From NCBI GenBank assembly GCA_046329515.1, contig JAXLUM010000001.1, positions 1,531,247 to 1,595,246 of the forward strand: DNA of 64,000 bases, written 5' to 3'. A program made the position numbers and the translations under genes. Below, piece by piece: positions 1 through 17,500 of this stretch; the first letter of the stretch is position 1, and every line of letters starts with the position of its first letter. A model generated the notes under the pieces. The model searched no databases and was not told the DNA's origin. It saw only the letters and a program-made list of their open reading frames with translations. The stretch is from Chitinophagales bacterium. Its GTDB lineage: Bacteria; Bacteroidota; Bacteroidia; Chitinophagales; LD1.

Positions 1-978
1 TATTTCGCAGCCCATGCCGGGAGGGAAGTCTTTCTTAAGTTCTTCCAGTTTAGCCTTAACATCCTCAATTACTTTGTTGGCATTACTACCGGGACTTTGC
101 TTTAACACTATTGAGGTGGAAGGATAGCCATCTTTATTGGAGTATATATCCACGAATTCGCTTCCTACTTCAATTTGGGCTACATCTTTTAAGCGAAGAA
201 TTTCGCCATCGGCATTTGCGCGGATGATGATGTCATTATACTGTTCGGGCTTGTTATACCAACCTGCGTAAGTAAAAACGTATTCCTGCGATTGTGGTGT
301 TTTGCCCGAACTTAGACCTACACGGCCTGGGCGTGCCATTACACTTTGGTTATCTATAGCTTTTAATACCTCATCGGCTGAAATATTATAGGCACGCATA
401 CGGTCAGGGTTTAACCATACGCGTATAGCAAAGGCGCGGCTACCGGTTGCTTCAGCCATACCAATACCGCTAATACGTTGTATTTCGGGCAATACATAAG
501 TGTTAGCATAATTGAACAGAAACTTTTCATCCGCATTTTTATCAGTGCTGTAAAGGTTCAAGTACATTAACATACTTGGTTGTAAGGGCTTAATAACCAC
601 CCCTTCCTTTTGCACCAACTCAGGCAGGTTTGCCCAAACCTGGTCTACCCGGGTTTTTACCCTTGCAGCAGCAATAGTTGGGTCTGTGCCGGGTTCAAAT
701 ACTATATCAATACTTGCTTCGCTGGCGCTGGTGGCATCCGAAAGCATGTACTGCATCCCCTGTACACCGTTTATTTCTCTTTCAAGAATTACAAGCGTTG
801 ATTTAACCAATACATCGGCATTGGAGCCGGGAAATTCAATAAATATGGTAACCCGTGGTGGAGCAATATCGGGGAACTGTGCTACCGGTATGGTATATAT
901 GGCCAACAGACCAAGAAATACAATGCCGATAGATAGTGCGATGGCCAATACAGGCCTTTGAATAAACGCATTAAACAT
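1..978 (-). CDS. RND (AcrB/HAE1-type) efflux permease, N-terminal 326 codons; the rest lies outside the window
   Basis: The reverse-strand frame is open from the window edge to an ATG at 976-978. My translation starts MFNAFIQRPVLAIALSIGIVFLGLLAIYTIPVAQFPDIAPPRVTIF..., the canonical TM1 plus FPxIAPPxV start of RND inner-membrane pumps. It lies 25 bp downstream of the adaptor gene on the same strand. It is absent from the ORF track because it runs off the edge. Confidence 0.85.
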   Translation of the reverse strand, partial: MFNAFIQRPVLAIALSIGIVFLGLLAIYTIPVAQFPDIAPPRVTIFIEFPGSNADVLVKSTLVILEREINGVQGMQYMLSDATSASEASIDIVFEPGTDPTIAAARVKTRVDQVWANLPELVQKEGVVIKPLQPSMLMYLNLYSTDKNADEKFLFNYANTYVLPEIQRISGIGMAEATGSRAFAIRVWLNPDRMRAYNISADEVLKAIDNQSVMARPGRVGLSSGKTPQSQEYVFTYAGWYNKPEQYNDIIIRANADGEILRLKDVAQIEVGSEFVDIYSNKDGYPSTSIVLKQSPGSNANKVIEDVKAKLEELKKDFPPGMGCEI

Positions 979-1003
979 TTTCTATCTTTTTAGTTGGTCG
1001 CCT

Positions 1004-2089
1004 TTATTCGGCATGCAGGTTTTTTAAATCATTTATGGCCTTATCGAATGGCATAAATTCAAATTCTATCTTCTCGTTATTCTTCACTTTGCCCAGGCCT
1101 TCAAGCAAAATTTTATCGGTTGTGCTTAAGCCGGCGGTAACAACATAAAGGTGGGGCAGTTCCTGGCCAACGGTTATTTGTTGGGAGTGCGCTATGCCTT
1201 TTTCGTCTATAAGGTATACATACTTTTTATCCAGTATGTCAAAGGTTGACTTTTGCGGTATAATCATTGCATTTTTAAGGTGCGCCGGCATTAGTATTGT
1301 GCCGGTTTCGCCATGGCGAAGTATGCCATCAGGGTTAGGGAAGGTTGCACGGAAGGCAATGTTGCCCGTTTCATTATTAAAGTCTGCTTCAATAGTTTCA
1401 ACAGTTCCTTCATGCGGAAAAACTTCGTTGTTAGCCATCAGCAACTTAACTTTTTGAGGACCTTCCTTTTTCGAGCGTAATGCATAGTCAAGGTATTCCG
1501 ATTCCGGCACGTTAAAGTATACCCACATTTTGCTGTTATCGGAAAGTGTGGTCAATAGCTCGCCTTCATCAACTAAACTTCCTAAACGCTCGTAGAAGCG
1601 GTCCATTACTCCATCAAAAGGCGCTCTTATATCAGTAAACTCAAGGTGGGCCTGTGCAAGCGCTAATTCTGCTTTTGCTTTATCAAGGGTTGCTTTTGCC
1701 AATGCTAATTCGTTTTTAGAAACGATGTTGCTATCCGCAAGGTTCTTGGTGTTTTGGTATTCAATTTCTTCAAAGTTTACCTCTGCCTTTGCTTTTTCCA
1801 ACTCAGCCTCATAAATAACCGGCATAATCTGGAACATCTTCTGCCCCTTTTTTACATGCTCACCTTCGTCAACATAAATATTTTGTAAGTAGCCTTTTTC
1901 CTGTGAACGCATTTCAATGTGGCTTACTGCATGTATCTGGCACACATAGTCCTTATAAATGGTGGTGTCTTTTTCTACGGGGCTGGTTACAAAGAACTTC
2001 GCCTGCTCTTCCTTTTCTTCTTTGTGACTATTACAACCGGTATAAAATAATATACCAGCAACACTTAAGAGTCCTAATATCCTCTTCAT
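1004..2089 (-). CDS. RND efflux periplasmic adaptor (membrane-fusion protein), lipoprotein
   Basis: 361-aa ORF. The signal peptide ends in the lipobox-like FYTGC. A coiled-coil hairpin (AELEKAKAEV...LALAKATLDKAKAELALAQAHL) is followed by IRAPFDGV, typical of AcrA/HlyD-type adaptors. It lies directly upstream of the RND pump gene. Confidence 0.9.
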   Translation of the reverse strand: MKRILGLLSVAGILFYTGCNSHKEEKEEQAKFFVTSPVEKDTTIYKDYVCQIHAVSHIEMRSQEKGYLQNIYVDEGEHVKKGQKMFQIMPVIYEAELEKAKAEVNFEEIEYQNTKNLADSNIVSKNELALAKATLDKAKAELALAQAHLEFTDIRAPFDGVMDRFYERLGSLVDEGELLTTLSDNSKMWVYFNVPESEYLDYALRSKKEGPQKVKLLMANNEVFPHEGTVETIEADFNNETGNIAFRATFPNPDGILRHGETGTILMPAHLKNAMIIPQKSTFDILDKKYVYLIDEKGIAHSQQITVGQELPHLYVVTAGLSTTDKILLEGLGKVKNNEKIEFEFMPFDKAINDLKNLHAE

Positions 2090-2208
2090 TAACGTTTATG
2101 TTTTTATTTACTAATTACTATGGTAAATACCCACACTAAGAGCATGGGCTAAATACGCCGGCAATGCATAGCCATGGCGTAGCCTGTTAGAAAAACAGGG
2201 CTTTCAGA

Positions 2209-2658
2209 TTAAGCTATAAAGCTCTTCCAGGAATGGTGGAGCACAAATAAGGGAACCGACGAACGGTTAGCTATAAAGGCGGAAAAATGAGGAGCCCAAT
2301 CCTTTACTAGTACGAATTCTTCAGCAAAGTTATCTCCATCAGATTCTGCAATAAAATCCCAATCGGTATCAAAATCGTCTTCCGATTCATTTCCCTTAGG
2401 CATTTCCCTATGGTCGGGAGTAAAAGGCGATTCAAAAGGCAGGTCAAACTTCGGTAATTGGAAATCAGAACCCTCCGCTGAGCAGAAAATTTGGTTATCC
2501 TTTATTAAAGAGGCTTCAGCCGCTGAAAATTGTCCGTATGCGGCTATTTGGGGGCTTAAAACAAGAGAGAATAAAACGGCAGACAGAAAATACAACATGC
2601 CGGGTTTTAGCCCTTTTAAGTGCTGTTTTAACTGTAAGGTAATTTTACCAATTGCCAT
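2209..2658 (-). CDS. hypothetical small protein with an N-terminal hydrophobic segment and an acidic middle region
   Basis: 149-aa ORF with no recognisable family motif. A likely internal start gives MLYFLSAVLFSLVLSPQIAAYGQ (signal-like). It has a D/E-rich stretch (ESEDDFDTDWDFIAESDGD). It is first in line with the RND adaptor and pump genes. Confidence 0.45.
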   Translation of the reverse strand: MAIGKITLQLKQHLKGLKPGMLYFLSAVLFSLVLSPQIAAYGQFSAAEASLIKDNQIFCSAEGSDFQLPKFDLPFESPFTPDHREMPKGNESEDDFDTDWDFIAESDGDNFAEEFVLVKDWAPHFSAFIANRSSVPLFVLHHSWKSFIA

Positions 2659-2750
2659 TTGGCTGCAAAGGTATTATGCAGCAACTAAATTTTAAGAAAA
2701 TAACGTTTTTTATAAATTGTAAGTGCAGCCTCTTTTTTCTGTAATTTCGG

Positions 2751-3617
2751 CTAAATAAGCGTAAGACGAGAGTCGCATAAATCCTGCACGTTAAGATCGG
2801 GTGACACACTTCCTATTCTGAGCAAGGCCTGCTTTGCATTTTCCAGGCCCATTAATCGTACAACGTAGTCCGAACTCCAAACGGTTGAAAGCAGCCAGGT
2901 ATAAGCATCAGATTCGCTTAGCTTAAAGCGGTTACAAAGCAGGTTTACTGATTCGGAAGAACTGACAAACTCTGCGCTCTCCGTGTTTATTACATCCAGC
3001 ACTTTAGCTATGCCTTCGCTTTTTGTTTTTAGTGCCTCATCGCTGGCTATTATCAGCATACTGCTCCACGGTGCACTAAATTCACCAATCATTCTTACGG
3101 TTCCGTTTTCTACAAAGGCTTTGGTCATGTATTTTTCCCAATAAAAAACCTGCGTTTCGTTTTTGGTAAGCGATAGCATGGCCCCATCAATACTTTTAAC
3201 CTCAATCAGGTCGGCAGGCTTTACCCTATCGCCTCTTTGTTCAGCATGTATCATAGCCATAAGGTGCGAGCCCGAGCCTAATTTGCTTATAGCATATTTT
3301 TTTGCCTCTTTACCATAAACCGAGTGAAGGTTAGACTGTGTGCCGGTAAATATTCCCCACCCCAGGGGAGAGGTAATATATTCCTTTACAATTTTGGCCT
3401 TTAACCCTTTTGAGGCTGCAGAAATAAAGCCTTCGGTTAGCAGAATAGCCAAATCCAGTTCACCGCTTTTAAGCGCTTCGGTCATAACACCGGTTCCACC
3501 GGGGAAAAACTTCCAATCTAATTCAACACCTGCCTGAGCAAACTTGCCGCGCTCAACAGCTAAATTCCAGGGCAGGTTAAAGTGTTCTGTTACTCCGCCT
3601 ATACTAATTCTCGTCAT
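2751..3617 (-). CDS. NMT1/THI5-like (periplasmic-binding-protein fold) substrate-binding protein without a signal peptide
   Basis: 288-aa ORF. The N-terminus ISIGGVTEHFNLPWNLAVERGKFAQAGVELDWKFFPGGTGVMTEALKSGELDLAILLTEG resembles SsuA/NMT1-type binding proteins. No N-terminal hydrophobic leader. The family call is from memory only. Confidence 0.55.
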   Translation of the reverse strand: MTRISIGGVTEHFNLPWNLAVERGKFAQAGVELDWKFFPGGTGVMTEALKSGELDLAILLTEGFISAASKGLKAKIVKEYITSPLGWGIFTGTQSNLHSVYGKEAKKYAISKLGSGSHLMAMIHAEQRGDRVKPADLIEVKSIDGAMLSLTKNETQVFYWEKYMTKAFVENGTVRMIGEFSAPWSSMLIIASDEALKTKSEGIAKVLDVINTESAEFVSSSESVNLLCNRFKLSESDAYTWLLSTVWSSDYVVRLMGLENAKQALLRIGSVSPDLNVQDLCDSRLTLI

Positions 3618-3754
3618 TGTATATATCTAAGGGCCGTTCTTAAAACAGCCGGGCGGTAAAAATGAACTTTTTAGCGAAAAGAAATAGAAAAGGTTTGAGC
3701 AAACAATAGAGTGAGCGCTGAAAAAAACCAGAAGGTAAATGTTATACCCACTAC

Positions 3755-5284
3755 TTACTTTTTTGCAACGCTTTTTGCAGTAAGCCAGTTAACATAGTTG
3801 AATACCTTTAAAGGGGCTTTTTCGTATTCGTTTGTCGATGCCTTTTCAAATTCAGCCTTCATCCATGCTAATTCTTCCGAAAGTACCACGTGGTTAGATG
3901 GCCTTAAAACGCGCGTAAAGAATTTGAGAATTATGCGTTCAAATTCAAATTGCACGTCGGCCTTGGCCATAAACCTGAAGGTGCTTTTCATTAAGCTGGG
4001 TAGAAGCAGTTTATTGCCAAGATCGTAATGAATAACAATTTGCAATAGGCGTGCATGCACATACATTATGCGGCTGCCTTCGGGCTTACGGTTTATTATT
4101 ACGCTTAATAAATCAAGTGCTTTATTGCAATCGCCTAAATGAAAATAAATTACAGCAAGGTCGAAAGTGAGCAGCAGTTTATAGCCTTCGTAAAAGCCTT
4201 CAGGGCGGTTTATAACAACCAGGGCGCGGTCGGCCAGTTTTTTAGTATCAGGTAGATAAGTAGGAAAGGTTTTTAAAAAGTGAATTTGTGAAACCATCCA
4301 TGTAAGTTCCAACCAATGTTCATCACCGGGTGATTCAACCGGAACTTTCTTTTTCATTTTAGCCAGCACTGCAAGTGTTTCTTCGGGTCGGTTAAGGTCG
4401 GTTGCCAGTTTTGCTTCACTTGCCAGGGCGCGCACATAGCGGCCAACAAACGTTTTATTAATAGCATCGCGGTCCTCAATTTTCTGAACAATGGCGTGCG
4501 CATGCTCGTAGCTTTTCTGTAATTCCCCTTTATAAGAATAATAGCTGCGCCAAACATTGTGAAAACCCAAAACGGCATCAAGTGCGGTTAGTTTGGAAAT
4601 ATCTTTAAGGCAGTTGTGGGTCATTAATGATTCTACTTCCTCATTACGTGCAGGGTCAGTGGTAGGGAAATAGGTATTGAACAAGTAAGTTAGTTTAAGT
4701 TCAATATGCCTGATATCCGTATTGTATTCCAGTTGCCTTATGGTGTGCTTCAGGTGGTTGTAGGCTTTTTCTCTTACAAGAGGTATTTCCTCCCAGGGTA
4801 TTTGGCCGAAAGCATAATGCTCATAACTTAAAAACAGCAACTTTAATTCATTCAATTCATACTTGGCGCAGTGCTGCACGCTTTCCGCACTTCTACGGTA
4901 AGCAAGATCATCTAAGCCTTTATCAAGCAATATTTCTACTTCATTAACGCGGTTAGTGGCATCGAAGCGGTAATTATCCTTTTCATAATAAAGCCTGAGG
5001 CTTTTCAGCAGTAATTGAAACAGATAGGGGCGAAGTGCCCTTAGGTTTACTTTCTTTTTGGTTTGCGCGGCGAATGCCTTACTTATGGCTTTGTCATCGG
5101 CAGCCTCTGCCTTATCAATTAGGTCGAAAAGAAGAACGTAATTGTTCTCTTTACCGGAGGAAAAGCCCTGTACAAACTTTTTAAAGTACCCCTTTTCGGT
5201 GCGCGACATGGACTTTATCAGCCTGAAAAGATCATCTGTCTTGTTCATTTTTTCGACTTGATTTCGAGATACATAGGTACGCAA
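3755..5284 (-). CDS. conserved hypothetical protein, all-helical or TPR-like
   Basis: 509-aa ORF. The likely true start is the internal MNKTDDLFRLIKSMSRTEKGYFKKF (ATG at 5246-5248). The composition is helical and repeat-like, with no catalytic motif seen. Confidence 0.6.
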   Translation of the reverse strand: MRTYVSRNQVEKMNKTDDLFRLIKSMSRTEKGYFKKFVQGFSSGKENNYVLLFDLIDKAEAADDKAISKAFAAQTKKKVNLRALRPYLFQLLLKSLRLYYEKDNYRFDATNRVNEVEILLDKGLDDLAYRRSAESVQHCAKYELNELKLLFLSYEHYAFGQIPWEEIPLVREKAYNHLKHTIRQLEYNTDIRHIELKLTYLFNTYFPTTDPARNEEVESLMTHNCLKDISKLTALDAVLGFHNVWRSYYSYKGELQKSYEHAHAIVQKIEDRDAINKTFVGRYVRALASEAKLATDLNRPEETLAVLAKMKKKVPVESPGDEHWLELTWMVSQIHFLKTFPTYLPDTKKLADRALVVINRPEGFYEGYKLLLTFDLAVIYFHLGDCNKALDLLSVIINRKPEGSRIMYVHARLLQIVIHYDLGNKLLLPSLMKSTFRFMAKADVQFEFERIILKFFTRVLRPSNHVVLSEELAWMKAEFEKASTNEYEKAPLKVFNYVNWLTAKSVAKK

Positions 5285-5470
5285 TAACCCGGAAAATACA
5301 AGCAGCCTGTGTAGGTTCGGAATTTACACTTGGAGCGAATGTTTTGATGCTGACCCTATAGGTAAAGGGGGTGATAGTAGTTATATAGTTTAATTCGAAA
5401 CTTACAATTTATAAAAAAATGAATAGGAATGGTGTGACAGTCGGGCGACCTTTGGAACAAATTCCTGCAC

Positions 5471-13090
<7,620 letters not shown>

Positions 13091-13128
13091 AATACCCATT
13101 TGGGTGCTGTTGCCCCTAATTGGCAAAG

Positions 13129-13156
13129 GCCTCTGCAGAAATGCAGGGGCTTTTTG
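13129..13156 (+). terminator. rho-independent terminator after the collagen-like gene
   Basis: The sequence gcctctgca-gaaa-tgcaggggc forms a 9-bp stem with one G-U pair, followed by ttttt. It lies 39 bp after the stop codon. Confidence 0.7.
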
Positions 13157-13457
13157 CATTCATGCTAGATATTATCTGTGCCTGTATTACCATTTCGGTG
13201 GTTAAAAGTGCCTTTTTATGCCCGCTTAGTAAGAAATGGCAAGTTTTGGGAATGCCAAAACTTGCGCTGCGTAATTTTCGATATTACTTTTGTTCCGTCC
13301 AGGACAACAACAACCCACCTATAGTCCGGTAATAAAGCATCGATATAAGTAACTAAAGATTTTAAGGCTTTAAGGGCTTTAGAAGCTATAACTAATTGTA
13401 ATTCAATATTTAACTACCCAAACAATTTCAAAACAGCACAATCAAAACAAACTTCGC

Positions 13458-14465
13458 ATGAAAAAGAATCAACTAATTCTGGCCCTGGGCCTTATCCTTG
13501 CCTGCACGCAGGCCTTTGCAAATATTCTAACGGTTAGCAACAACGTTAACTCGCCGGGGCAGTTCACCACTTTTGCCGCAGCGCACGGTGCGGCAAGTAA
13601 TGGCGATACTATTTATATATCCGGTTCTCCGTTTAACTACGGCACTATCGCAATTAGTAAGCAGTTAACGGTTATTGGTACGGGTCACAATCCGCAAAAG
13701 CAAAGCCCATTGGTTTCCTTTTGCGATTACGTACAGTTTTATGCTGGTTCAAACGGTAGCAAGTTAATCGGCCTGCAGGTTTATCAAATAAGCAGCAATA
13801 GCGATAACGTAGATAACATAGGCATCTACAGTTGTAAAATTACCTACCGCCTTGTTTTCCAAAACTATTATTCAAGCAACTGGACAATAGACGGAAACGT
13901 TTTTGTTTATACCGGCTCATGTGTTGAAGGGACTTGTTATCTTGACGGTATTACTTTTCGTAACGACATTTTTAACGGTCAGTTTGTAAACTTCGGCAAC
14001 TGCCAGAGCAACTACCATTATATAGACCATTGCGTGTTTCTGTATAGCGGCAATCCATTTGCTAACGACTATATCTTTTATGTAAACAACAGTATTTTTT
14101 ATTACAATGGAAACGTGGGCAGTGGCATGAACTCTTCAACCTGGAGTAACAACATCTCTTACAACTGTTCTAATAACAACTTCCCTAACGGAACAAACCA
14201 GGTTAACGTTAACCCCGGTTTTGTAAACGTACCGCTTTCTAATACGCAGTACAGCTATTCACATGACTACCGCATAACCAATGGTGCTGCCGGTGATAAC
14301 ACCGCTTCTGACGGTACTGACCTTGGCGTTTATGGGGGCTTCGGTGATTTTGACCGCGATGGTTTGCCACGCATACCATATATCAAGCAATTTGATATTA
14401 ACGGCAGCAACGTAGTTGCACCCGGTGGCACATTAAACGTTACCATTAAATCAAACATTCGTTAA
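13458..14465 (+). CDS. secreted hypothetical protein (possibly beta-helix-like), probably co-transcribed with the following giant gene
   Basis: 335-aa ORF. Signal peptide MKKNQLILALGLILACTQAFA. Asn/Gly/aromatic-rich with no T9SS tail recognised. The gap to the next start is only 55 bp. A weak hairpin (ccctgtt-tgtccat-aacaggg, 14468-14488) has no T-run. Confidence 0.6.
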   Translation: MKKNQLILALGLILACTQAFANILTVSNNVNSPGQFTTFAAAHGAASNGDTIYISGSPFNYGTIAISKQLTVIGTGHNPQKQSPLVSFCDYVQFYAGSNGSKLIGLQVYQISSNSDNVDNIGIYSCKITYRLVFQNYYSSNWTIDGNVFVYTGSCVEGTCYLDGITFRNDIFNGQFVNFGNCQSNYHYIDHCVFLYSGNPFANDYIFYVNNSIFYYNGNVGSGMNSSTWSNNISYNCSNNNFPNGTNQVNVNPGFVNVPLSNTQYSYSHDYRITNGAAGDNTASDGTDLGVYGGFGDFDRDGLPRIPYIKQFDINGSNVVAPGGTLNVTIKSNIR

Positions 14466-14520
14466 TCCCCTGTTTGTCCATAACAGGGCAAGCTACAGGT
14501 TTTAAAACATAACCTGAATT

Positions 14521-17500
14521 ATGGCTGCATTAGATATAACTAAAGTAATGCTCTGCCGGCGGAGAAGCCTTAAACTTCTTACACTGGTGGTGTTGGCGCT
14601 TACGCTGTTAGCGCCCTATGCGAAGGCACAAACAGTGCTAAACGCCGCAGAGTATTTTATAGATACCGACCCTGGAGTTGGAAACGGCACACCGCTTTCC
14701 TTCACATCAGGTACAGACTCTGTTCTGTTTACAACAAATGTTACCGTACCCGGGGCTACAGCGGGCGGTTTACATTACCTATTTGTTAGAACCCGCACGA
14801 CGGGTGTTAAGTGGAGTGTTTCAGAAGGCCGTCCGTTTTTTGTAAACACCAACAAAAACATAAACTACGCCGAATACTTTTTTGATACTGACCCCGGCGT
14901 GGGTAATGCCACTGCATGGGCAATTACCCCCGGATTAGATTCTACAACTTTTACAGGAAATATTTCGGTACCGGGTAATATAAGCGGTGGCTTGCATTAC
15001 CTTTTTATCCGCACGCGTACTGTAACGGGATTGTGGAGTATGTCGGAGGCAAAGCCTGTTTATATAAACTCAGGTAAAACAATTGCCTACGCTGAATATT
15101 TCTTTGATACCGATCCAGGAGTGGGCAATGCTACTTCATTGGCAATTTCTTCCGGCATAGATTCTACTACGCATACAGGTGTAATTCCTGTGCCGCTTAA
15201 CCTAAGCGGTGGTATTCACTACCTGTATGTTCGTACACGTACTACCTCGGGTTTGTGGAGCCATTATGAAGGCAGGCCGTTATTTATTAATAGCGGAAAG
15301 ACCATTGATGCGGCGGAATACTTTTTTGATACCGACCCCGGCATTGGCCATGGGTTTAACCTACCCATTAGCAGCGGTATAGATTCTACCAGCACAACTG
15401 GCGGAATTAATATACCGGGAACGTTAAATGCAGGTAACCACTTCCTTTATGTACGGACCCGCTCATCATCGGGCTTATGGAGTTTGTATGAGGGAAGAAA
15501 ATTTACGGTTAAACCGCAAATTGTAGCTGCCGAGTATTTTATAGATATAGACCCGGGTGTAGGAAATGGCTTTGCCCTTCCTGTTACCCCAGGCGTGGAC
15601 TCTGTATCGCTTACTACTAACCTTGTTATGAATTGTGTGGACAGCGGCAATCACTACTTATTTGTTCGCACAAGAAACAACAATGGAAACTGGAGCCTTT
15701 ACGAACCGCAACCTTTCTCAGTGAATGTACCTGCTCCGCAAATTTCTGCGCTAGGCAGCAACACTATTTGTACCGGCGATAGCGTAAAATTTACGGTTAA
15801 TACCGGCGCAGGTTGTAATTATCAGTGGTTCCGTAACAACGCGCCTATAAGTGGTGCCACAGGTCAAACCCTTACGGCCTTTTTAGGTGGTGCGTATAAA
15901 GTTCAAATGACCGTAAGCGGCACCAACTATTTATCGAATATTATTAATGTAACTGTTGGTGGCAGCGGTCAACCGCCTTCCATTTCATTTACACCTGATA
16001 CTACAGTGTGTTCAGGAACCAGTATTACTTTGACTGCAATGCCTAATGGCGCACAGAGCTATACATGGAGCACAGGAGCTACTACGCAGGCCATTAACTT
16101 TACAGCCGTAAGCAGCGGTTATTATTATGTAACCGTAACCGATACTACAGGCTGTAATGCAGAGGCTAATATTCACATTAACGTGAATGCGCTACCTGTT
16201 GCCGATGCCCACGTTACCGGTTTAAGCTGCCAGAACGGTAACATACAATTGAATGGTGCAGGTGGTGTAAGCTACAGTTGGAGCGGCCCAGCTTATACAG
16301 GCAATACGCAAAACCCTGTATTGGCAAATGCGGCATTAGCAGCTTCGGGTATTTATACCTTAACTGTTACTGATGCTAACAGCTGCCAGGCAACTGACAC
16401 TGCGCAATTAACCGTTCATGCATTGCCTGTTGTTACAGCGAGTAATGGGGGGCCTTATTGTGGTGGTCAAACCATCAGTTTAACTTCAGGTGGTGCAGCT
16501 ACATATAGCTGGAGCGGTGCTTCTTCTTTCAACAGTAATATTCAAAACCCTACGCGCAGTAATGCAATTGCTGCCTACGGTGGTAATTACACTGTAACAG
16601 GAACTGATATAAACGGATGCGCGAATACGGCTTCAACTACAGTTACAGTTAATGTGGTTACCCCGCTTATAACGCCAAACGGACCAACAACATTCTGTTC
16701 AGGCGGTTCGGTTGATTTAACAGCTTCCGGTGGTTCATCTTATGTATGGAGTAATTCATCAACCAATGCAACTATTACGGTTAGCGCCAGCGGTACTTAT
16801 ACTGTTACTGTAACTTCGGGTTCATGCACTGCATCAACTTCGCAAAGTGTAGTTGTAAATACTAACCCGGTTGCAACAGCCGGCCATAGCACACCAACCT
16901 GCCAGGGCACTGTGGTTACGCTTTCTTCAACGGGTGGTACTTCTTACAGTTGGAGCGGACCAAACGGTTTTAACTCTACGCAGCAAAATCCGTTGCTTAG
17001 CAACAATGCTACTACCGCTTTAGATGGAACGTACAACGTAACAGTAACCAATACTGCTGGTTGTTCATCTACTGCTAATGCAGTTATAACCATTAACCCT
17101 AACCCGCTTGCAACGGCTACCAATACGGGCCCGTACTGTAGCGGAGCCAATTTGCAGTTGAATGGGGGAGGAGGAACCGGCTATAGCTGGAGTGGCCCTA
17201 ACTCATTTAGTTCAATACTGCAAAACCCGGTAATCAATAACGCTCAAACCTTAAACGCCGGTTTGTATACTGTTACCGTAACTAATAGTTTTGGCTGTAA
17301 TAACACAGCATCAACTACTGTAACAGTTAACACTGCTACTGCAACAATTACACCGGCGGGTCCTACTACCTTCTGTGCCGGAAGTAATGTGTTATTAACT
17401 GCAAATGCAGGTAGCAGCTATTTATGGAGTACCGGCGCAACTACACAATCTATTACAGCAAGCGCTACTAATTCTTATAGCGTTACGGTTACCGCAGCAA

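Noticed and set aside
13120-13332. A 70-aa plus-strand ORF just after the collagen-like gene
   Set aside because: It starts inside the terminator hairpin, has no recognisable features, and lies in a probable promoter or intergenic region for the next gene.
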